This document shows, piece by piece, positions 59,103 to 64,000 of a stretch of 64,000 nt of DNA (position 1 is its first letter; each line of letters begins with the position of its first letter). The notes under the pieces were generated by a model. It ran no database searches, had not been told where the DNA came from, and saw nothing but the letters and a program-made list of their open reading frames with translations. Position numbers and translations under genes: made by a program. Where the stretch lies: positions 248,001-312,000 of the IMG/VR virus record IMGVR_UViG_3300020178_000002; one strand, written 5' to 3'.

Positions 59103-59176
59103 GGGCCTTTAGCTCAGTTGGTTAGAGCACCCGACTCATAATCGGGCGGTCCTGGGTTCAAGCCCCAGAGGGCCCA
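59103..59176 (+). tRNA. tRNA with CAT anticodon, probably tRNA-Ile2 (reads ATA after lysidine modification); CCA not encoded
   Basis: Full cloverleaf; anticodon arm CCCGA-CTCATAA-TCGGG; body resembles bacterial Ile2 tRNAs. Elongator Met is not excluded. Confidence 0.85.
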
Positions 59177-59182
59177 CTACAA

Positions 59183-59216
59183 AGGAAGCATCTTTATGAG
59201 GGCTTCCTTTTTTTTA
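59183..59216 (+). terminator. Intrinsic terminator
   Basis: AGGAAGC...GCTTCCT hairpin followed by a T run. Confidence 0.65.
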
Positions 59217-59232
59217 TCTTGAGGGATGTCAC

Positions 59233-59466
59233 ATGGGAAGTACTAAACTTGTTATAGAAGAAACCACAAATGGGTGGGTGGTCAAAACACTTGATTGTGA
59301 AGGTGTGGAGATTACCTATGTTTATGAAGACCTTGAGGGTACTGATTCTTCTAGGGCTAAGGCTTTCAAGAGGTTATTGTTTGAACACTTCTCCCATGTG
59401 TTTGCTAGTAAACGTAAAGCTGGGTTAGATGTTATGGTTCTGGAGAAAGGTTGGGGAGAAGTATGA
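59233..59466 (+). CDS. Hypothetical protein
   Basis: 77 aa; GAGGG RBS. Confidence 0.55.
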   Translation: MGSTKLVIEETTNGWVVKTLDCEGVEITYVYEDLEGTDSSRAKAFKRLLFEHFSHVFASKRKAGLDVMVLEKGWGEV

Positions 59467-59672
59467 AAAGGACTTTATTTATTAAAAAGAATGGTGCTGA
59501 GTTCTACAAGGAACTGAGTAAAGAAGAGAGGAGACAGAAAGTCATCTCTTTAGAGGTACAGAAGAAAACTACAGCAATGCAAGTAGCTAAAGACCCTATG
59601 CTTTTGTTTGGGTCTGCTGTTAAATACAAGCGTTGTGTTGAAGCTGGTTTCTTGAGCTTCAAAGAAATCTGA
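59463..59672 (+). CDS. Hypothetical protein
   Basis: Start MKRT overlaps the previous stop. Confidence 0.5.
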   Translation: MKRTLFIKKNGAEFYKELSKEERRQKVISLEVQKKTTAMQVAKDPMLLFGSAVKYKRCVEAGFLSFKEI

Positions 59673-59713
59673 AAAAACTCCTTGTTTTAGTCTCGGCTTT
59701 GTATAATAACTAT

Positions 59714-59987
59714 GTCGGTCATGTTAGACCTTTGTTCTTTGACATTTAGAACAACTCCTTAGGGAGGCTTCCTACAGGTAAAGCTGTTGGGTTGTGTGGT
59801 ATGCCCTTTCACCTCTTTGGTTAGGAGGTGTCTCCTGCTCTGTTGTTCCGTGGAGTGGGGCAAAACGGAACGCTTATCATATCTGATCTCTATTTGGTGA
59901 GATTTAGGGTTCGATTCCCACAGATGTGCTAGGCCCTCTTAAATTTAGCTCATTTTGAACGGTGTGTATCTAACTTTCGAGGGTCTA
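59714..59987 (+). ncRNA. Structured non-coding leader: several hairpins, a shortened tRNA-like element (59878-59929) and a stem-closed RNA (59930-59987)
   Basis: GTTCCGT/ACGGAAC; CATATCTG/CAGATGTG with a GGG-TTCGATT-CCC T-loop; TAGGCCCTC/GAGGGTCTA. Confidence 0.55.
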
Positions 59988-59993
59988 ATTTTT

Positions 59994-60066
59994 GCTGGTG
60001 TAGCTCAATTGGCAGAGCAACTGATTTGTAATCAGTAGGTTATGGGTTCAAGTCCCTTCACCAGCT
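59994..60066 (+). tRNA. tRNA-Thr(TGT)
   Basis: Cloverleaf; ACTGA-TTTGTAA-TCAGT; no CCA. Confidence 0.92.
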
Positions 60067-60071
60067 TTTTT

Positions 60072-60143
60072 GGGTTGTTAGCTCAATGGTAGAGCACACG
60101 ACTTTTAATCGTTAGGTTCTGGGTTCGAGTCCCAGACGACCCA
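60072..60143 (+). tRNA. tRNA-Lys(TTT)
   Basis: Cloverleaf; ACGA-CTTTTAA-TCGT; no CCA tail after the discriminator. Confidence 0.92.
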
Positions 60144-60190
60144 CTTTGAATTTTTGCTAAAGTCATCACGCTGGTTCAAGGATAATAATA

Positions 60191-60496
60191 ATGAGCGAGA
60201 AAAAAACATATACGATAAGAAGAAAATATGGTTGGGATGTTTACTCATACCATGTTGGTTGGAAAGAGATTGAGCTAACTGAGGAACAAATCGCAGAGGT
60301 TCGTGCTAATCCTGACTTGCTTGATGACGATGAATGGTTAGATAAAGCCTTTGATTGGGTTGATATGGATGAGGAGGAGTTGGTCACAGACTCTTGGTGT
60401 AAGGGTGGTGTTGACCAAATTCCCCTAGAGACTGAGATTGATTTCTACATTGAGGATCTTACAGGAGAAGAAGATGAGTCGGAAGATCAAGGTTAA
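60191..60496 (+). CDS. Acidic hypothetical protein, paralog 1
   Basis: LVTDSWCKGGVDQIP motif shared with the next gene. Confidence 0.65.
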   Translation: MSEKKTYTIRRKYGWDVYSYHVGWKEIELTEEQIAEVRANPDLLDDDEWLDKAFDWVDMDEEELVTDSWCKGGVDQIPLETEIDFYIEDLTGEEDESEDQG

Positions 60497-60800
60497 ATAC
60501 GAGTGGACCATCTGGGCTCACTACGAAGGGTATAAAGAGATTGATGTTGATGAACACCCAGAGCTTTTAGAGAAGATCAAAGACAACTTTGAATCTATCG
60601 AGGACTTACAAACCGACATGAATACATGGGACTATGTTTGTGAGGATATTTGTGAGATCGAAGGTGAACATCTTGTATCTGATGAATGGTGTAAGGGTGG
60701 GGTTAATCAGATGCCTTTCAAGGTTGAACTAACCAACATTGAATTTGATGAACTTTTACATCCAGAAGAGGATGAAGAAGATGATAAACCTAAAGGATAA
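60474..60800 (+). CDS. Acidic hypothetical protein, paralog 2
   Basis: LVSDEWCKGGVNQMP; start MSRKIK after AGGAG. Confidence 0.65.
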   Translation: MSRKIKVKYEWTIWAHYEGYKEIDVDEHPELLEKIKDNFESIEDLQTDMNTWDYVCEDICEIEGEHLVSDEWCKGGVNQMPFKVELTNIEFDELLHPEEDEEDDKPKG

Positions 60801-61069
60801 TGGTTATGGGTGAGAGAGAAGACTTGATTGAAAGATACAAGGAAGCAAACCTAAAGAGAATAAAATATGGCTTTTTGAGTGCTATCTGTTTTCCTGTTGG
60901 GTTTCACTTGATTTTAATCATAAGTCATATTTTAGATATTGATCTTTTGTTTCCCATACTCTTTTTTATTGTTCTTCCTGTTTCTCAAATAGCTTTTATA
61001 GCTTTATGGTTTAGTAATCATACTCACCAGAGTGATTTAGAAGCAAGGATAAAAATAAAGTCAAAATAA
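60800..61069 (+). CDS. Two-TM membrane protein
   Basis: Two hydrophobic stretches in 89 aa. Confidence 0.55.
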   Translation: MVMGEREDLIERYKEANLKRIKYGFLSAICFPVGFHLILIISHILDIDLLFPILFFIVLPVSQIAFIALWFSNHTHQSDLEARIKIKSK

Positions 61070-61147
61070 TTGTTGGCTTCTAGTCCTTTATTGTATAATA
61101 CATACATGAGCTTGCCTTATAGCTTAATATTAAAGGCAACTCTTTAA

Positions 61148-61219
61148 GCATCAGTAGCTCAGTGGAAGAGCAGTGGCCTTCTAAGCCATTGGTCGTAGGT
61201 TCAAATCCTACCTGATGTA
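61148..61219 (+). tRNA. tRNA-Arg(TCT)
   Basis: Cloverleaf; GTGGC-CTTCTAA-GCCAT. Confidence 0.92.
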
Positions 61220-61221
61220 CT

Positions 61222-61298
61222 CGACAAAGCTCTCTCCCAGTATTTAAGGTTGGATTTAAGTCCTGTTAGACATGTTGAACAGCATTGGGGCTTTGTCG
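61222..61298 (+). ncRNA. Stem-closed structured spacer RNA
   Basis: 11-bp stem CGACAAAGCTC/GGGCTTTGTCG fills almost the whole inter-tRNA spacer. Confidence 0.5.
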
Positions 61299-61303
61299 TA
61301 CTT

Positions 61304-61376
61304 GCACTCATAGCTCAGTTGGAAGAGCACCACTTTCCTAAAGTGGGGGTCGCAGGTTCAAGCCCTGCTGGGTGTA
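61304..61376 (+). tRNA. tRNA-Arg(CCT)
   Basis: Cloverleaf; CCACT-TTCCTAA-AGTGG. Confidence 0.92.
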
Positions 61377-61377
61377 C

Positions 61378-61452
61378 TAGGTTCTCTATATTTTTTTGTA
61401 GTTTACAAGAAGCGAGAAAGAATAACTTTGCTAGAGTTGTTTAGAGAACCTA
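61378..61452 (+). ncRNA. Three-way-junction spacer RNA
   Basis: Perfect 11-bp stem TAGGTTCTCTA/TAGAGAACCTA enclosing two hairpins. Confidence 0.5.
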
Positions 61453-61458
61453 ACTTAT

Positions 61459-61500
61459 ACACTTGTTAGGTTTTTGCAGGTTCGAGTCCTGTCAAGTGTT
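61459..61500 (+). ncRNA. tRNA minihelix (acceptor stem + T arm only)
   Basis: ACACTTG-10 nt-GCAGG-TTCGAGT-CCTGT-CAAGTGT-T. Confidence 0.65.
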
Positions 61501-61503
61501 CTG

Positions 61504-61571
61504 GCTCTCCCCTACTTTATTTTTTAATCATTAGAGAAAATTAGGCAAAAGTAGAGGAGAGCTTTTTTTTT
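61504..61571 (+). terminator. Long stem-loop with T tract (terminator and/or small RNA)
   Basis: 14/15-bp stem GCTCTCCCCTACTTT/AAAGTAGAGGAGAGC followed by T9. Confidence 0.55.
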
Positions 61572-61626
61572 ATTTTTCCTTTCGTGTGTCGGTATAATTA
61601 AGTTGAGCATGTTGCTCAATCTCCAA

Positions 61627-61640
61627 ACACACACACACAC
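61627..61640 (+). repeat. (AC)7 dinucleotide run in a 5' UTR
   Basis: acacacacacacac immediately upstream of the AAAGGA RBS of 61658. Confidence 0.85.
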
Positions 61641-61657
61641 ATGAAAGGATATATCCT

Positions 61658-61861
61658 ATGGGAGATAATAAAAGGAACGCTTACGAGATCAGAGAGTCTC
61701 TTCTTGGTATGGCTATTGGCATTTTATCAGATCGAGATTCGAGACTGCGTGAGAATGAGTACTTGAAGCCAGAAGGCAATCGTCAGCCTGTTGAAGGTTA
61801 TGATGTTGATGAGGTTATCAAGATTGCTAATAAGCTAGACTCTTTTGTGAGTCAAAGTTAA
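61658..61861 (+). CDS. Small phage-type protein
   Basis: NAYEIRESLLGMA...DEVIKIANKLDSFVS pattern recalled from large phages; own -10 element and RBS. Confidence 0.65.
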   Translation: MGDNKRNAYEIRESLLGMAIGILSDRDSRLRENEYLKPEGNRQPVEGYDVDEVIKIANKLDSFVSQS

Positions 61862-61863
61862 TT

Positions 61864-61985
61864 ATATAAGTGCGGTGATAGCATACAGGGTTCTACTAAC
61901 TATTTTCGTATATACGACCCAGTGAGGAATAAGACAAGTTAGGAATACTCACTTACTTGCAGGTTTTAACCCTGCCACTTATATT
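61864..61985 (+). ncRNA. Enlarged tRNA-like RNA (acceptor-like stem + T-like arm, ~86-nt insert)
   Basis: ATATAAGTG/CACTTATAT stem stacked on GCAGG-TTTTAAC-CCTGC; internal stems TCGTA/TACGA and AGTGAG/CTCACT. Confidence 0.5.
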
Positions 61986-61994
61986 ACTAGCTTA

Positions 61995-62060
61995 CACCCC
62001 ACATGGTTTTCCATGTTAGCTAGGTTCAGGTCTTTTGTTGTTGTGATCTGAATTGGGGTG
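61995..62060 (+). ncRNA. Three-way-junction spacer RNA
   Basis: CACCCC/GGGGTG closes ACATGG/CCATGT and GTTCAGGTC/GATCTGAAT. Confidence 0.5.
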
Positions 62061-62065
62061 ACTAA

Positions 62066-62138
62066 GGACCATTCGTCTAGGGGTCTAGGACTCCAGCCTT
62101 TCACGCTGGCAACACGGGTTCAAATCCCGTATGGTTCA
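62066..62138 (+). tRNA. tRNA-Glu(TTC)
   Basis: Cloverleaf; CCAGC-CTTTCAC-GCTGG. Confidence 0.92.
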
Positions 62139-62141
62139 TTA

Positions 62142-62176
62142 AAGCCTTTCCTATTCTTAGGAAGGGCTTTTTTTTT
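62142..62176 (+). terminator. Intrinsic terminator
   Basis: AAGCCTTTCCTA-ttct-TAGGAAGGGCTT followed by a T run. Confidence 0.75.
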
Positions 62177-62251
62177 GGCTTGTGGAAGCCTAGCTTTTAT
62201 AAGTTAGGGTGGACTCACAGTGAGCCAAATACTTTAATAGGAGAAAAGATT

Positions 62252-62839
62252 ATGAATCTTGACATTGAAAATGGCACAATTATTACTTTCCATACACAAA
62301 GAGTTGGGAAGAAAGACTTAAAAAAAGATGGTGGGGTACATCGAGGTAGACACCATGTTAAAGTAACTATGCTTGTTGGAACAGACTATAAAACTGTCGC
62401 TGGTATTGACTTTATGAAGCTCTATGAGAAAAATCCTGATGACTACTACGACAAGTTTAATTCTATGGGCATTGTTGAAGACATGGACAAATGGGCATTT
62501 AGTTGTGCTTGGCACAGCAGAAGTCTTTATGAAGGGTTGTACGAAAGCTCAAGAGGCGAAAACACTTACAATAAGCATTTTGATGTTTATGACCCACATC
62601 CTTGTGGTGTTCGTGGTGTCCTAGTCCACAAAGAAACAGGAGGCATCTATCTTATGGGGATTTTAATCAATGAAGAGATTGTTGAAGAAGATCCTAATGG
62701 TGATGCAAGAAAGAGTACATACTCTAAAGAGCGTAAGATTGTTAGAGCTATCCAGAAAGAGTTTGGACTCGTTTCAGGTAAGTGGAGAAGCTATAAGCTT
62801 CCTGCTGGAACAACAATCAATGGTCTTGAAGCCAAATAG
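62252..62839 (+). CDS. Hypothetical protein
   Basis: Probable start MNLDIE after AGGAG. Confidence 0.6.
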   Translation: MNLDIENGTIITFHTQRVGKKDLKKDGGVHRGRHHVKVTMLVGTDYKTVAGIDFMKLYEKNPDDYYDKFNSMGIVEDMDKWAFSCAWHSRSLYEGLYESSRGENTYNKHFDVYDPHPCGVRGVLVHKETGGIYLMGILINEEIVEEDPNGDARKSTYSKERKIVRAIQKEFGLVSGKWRSYKLPAGTTINGLEAK

Positions 62840-62850
62840 GATTATTTCAA

Positions 62851-63183
62851 ATGGGATTAGATCAAACAGCTTTCATTCGTAAAGAAGGCGAAAAAGACAC
62901 TACTATAATGACTTGGAGGAAACACGCTAACCTTGAGGGCTGGATGCATGAGTTGTATCGAGACAAAGGTAACGAGGGTGTTTTTAATCAAGAAGAAGTA
63001 TCTTTAACAAAAGAAGACTTAACCCGACTCATGGAAGAGAACAACGAAGGCTTAGATGAAGCCTGTGGCTTCTTTTGGGGTGTTTCTGATGAAGAAGATA
63101 AGATAAACACAACCTTATTCATTATCCAAGCTCTTGAAGCCCTTGAAAAGGGGTATGAGGTGATCTACACATCTTGGTGGTAG
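62851..63183 (+). CDS. Phage-type hypothetical protein
   Basis: MGLD...WRKHANLEGWM...GFFWG...YTSWW pattern recalled from phages. Confidence 0.7.
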   Translation: MGLDQTAFIRKEGEKDTTIMTWRKHANLEGWMHELYRDKGNEGVFNQEEVSLTKEDLTRLMEENNEGLDEACGFFWGVSDEEDKINTTLFIIQALEALEKGYEVIYTSWW

Positions 63184-63225
63184 TTTATTTATAGGTCACT
63201 CTATAGAAAAGCGAAGGAGATATGA

Positions 63226-63981
63226 ATGTCTAAAATAAAACAACTTGAAATGAGAATTGCCAGACTAGAGAAACAATCTGCAATGACTATGGAAAACAAA
63301 AACAAGATACTAGGTAAGGGTTGTTATGTAAGCCTTAGCAAAGGTGGTAACATCAAACTAGTAGAGCAGTTTCCAAAAATAAAAAGAGGTATGACTCTCA
63401 GGGTAACTGAGTGGAATCGTCTTACTTATCTGTGGAGGCTTGATAATTTTCCAGAGTTGAAATCACAAAACCTCTTTGACAATGATCTAAGGCGAAAAAT
63501 TAGATATGCTGACTATGATCGAGCTAAGAAGATTATTCAATCTAAGATTGATGAAGTCAAAAAAGAGACTTACAACAATCGAGTTAGGCATCTGAAGAAA
63601 GATTTAAAAAATCTTGGAGGAAACCCATACCCATCCAAGCTCTTTAAGGTTTTGGAAAAAAATACCAAAGCACATGAAGAAGTTAAGAAAGCTATTGAGG
63701 TAGAGCCTTATCACTATGAAGACATAGAGGCTAGAGGTAAAGACTTCTCTATAGAAGTAAGATGGGATTACTCTAAGATAGAAGCAGATGGCAGTTATAA
63801 AGACCCTTATGAGGGAATGAGTACTTTCTACACTACAAAGACAAGAGCAAGTGCTAGGAATCTATGGTATCTGGTGAGCAGCATGGGTCATGACATAGAA
63901 GATTATACTTTAGAGGAGTTCCTTGCCTTAGCAAAGAGTAAGAGAATATCTTTAAGGTATGTTCCTAGTATTTGGAGATAG
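63226..63981 (+). CDS. Hypothetical protein with N-terminal LEMRIARLEKQSA tag
   Basis: 251 aa; AAGGAG RBS; late-type motif at 63181. Confidence 0.65.
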   Translation: MSKIKQLEMRIARLEKQSAMTMENKNKILGKGCYVSLSKGGNIKLVEQFPKIKRGMTLRVTEWNRLTYLWRLDNFPELKSQNLFDNDLRRKIRYADYDRAKKIIQSKIDEVKKETYNNRVRHLKKDLKNLGGNPYPSKLFKVLEKNTKAHEEVKKAIEVEPYHYEDIEARGKDFSIEVRWDYSKIEADGSYKDPYEGMSTFYTTKTRASARNLWYLVSSMGHDIEDYTLEEFLALAKSKRISLRYVPSIWR

Positions 63982-64000
63982 TACATAGGCTCTGTTATGG

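Noticed and set aside
61250-61444. 64-aa ORF
   Set aside because: It overlaps tRNA-Arg(CCT) and the structured spacers and has a TTG start without a clear RBS.
61378-61452. Hammerhead ribozyme (three-way junction with GAAA)
   Set aside because: The required CUGAnGA core is absent.
1-64000. Cellular chromosome or eukaryotic giant-virus origin
   Set aside because: Terminase, fibres, a peptidoglycan amidase, Shine-Dalgarno sites and the lack of ribosomal or other core cellular genes indicate a bacteriophage. The host cannot be named from this window.

Overview
This window is a gene-dense, visibly AT-rich segment (GC not computed) of a large tailed-phage genome, probably a jumbo phage, using the standard genetic code. 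From left to right it holds: a 5'-truncated multi-domain protein with a PAP2 phosphatase and basic tails; a Dps/ferritin-like protein; an intein-interrupted terminase large subunit and neighbouring putative head genes; PIN-PhoH; a Cas4-like nuclease, sliding clamp and split SbcC block; two ~2,300-aa fibre proteins with adaptor, LamG and PA14 tip genes; a codA-like/purB/purA/guaC operon; pyrD and a pyrF-pyrE fusion; three pentapeptide-repeat proteins; an amidase endolysin; a degenerate GroEL; dCMP deaminase; a DNA methyltransferase split into separate genes; and six tRNA genes among structured RNAs. Four candidate undescribed systems stand out. (1) A three-part beta-class methyltransferase with three alternative, selectively maintained middle subunits (53.1-57.5 kb). 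(2) tRNA-punctuated arrays of small structured RNAs with tRNA minihelix mimics (59.7-62.2 kb). (3) A G/C-to-A/U nucleotide-conversion operon matched by tRNAs for AT-rich codons. (4) A set of genes sharing a putative late promoter and K/R-x-A / 'RVAARF' peptide tags, suggesting protease-processed virion cargo. All family assignments come from motif recognition by eye; no searches or folding programs were run.
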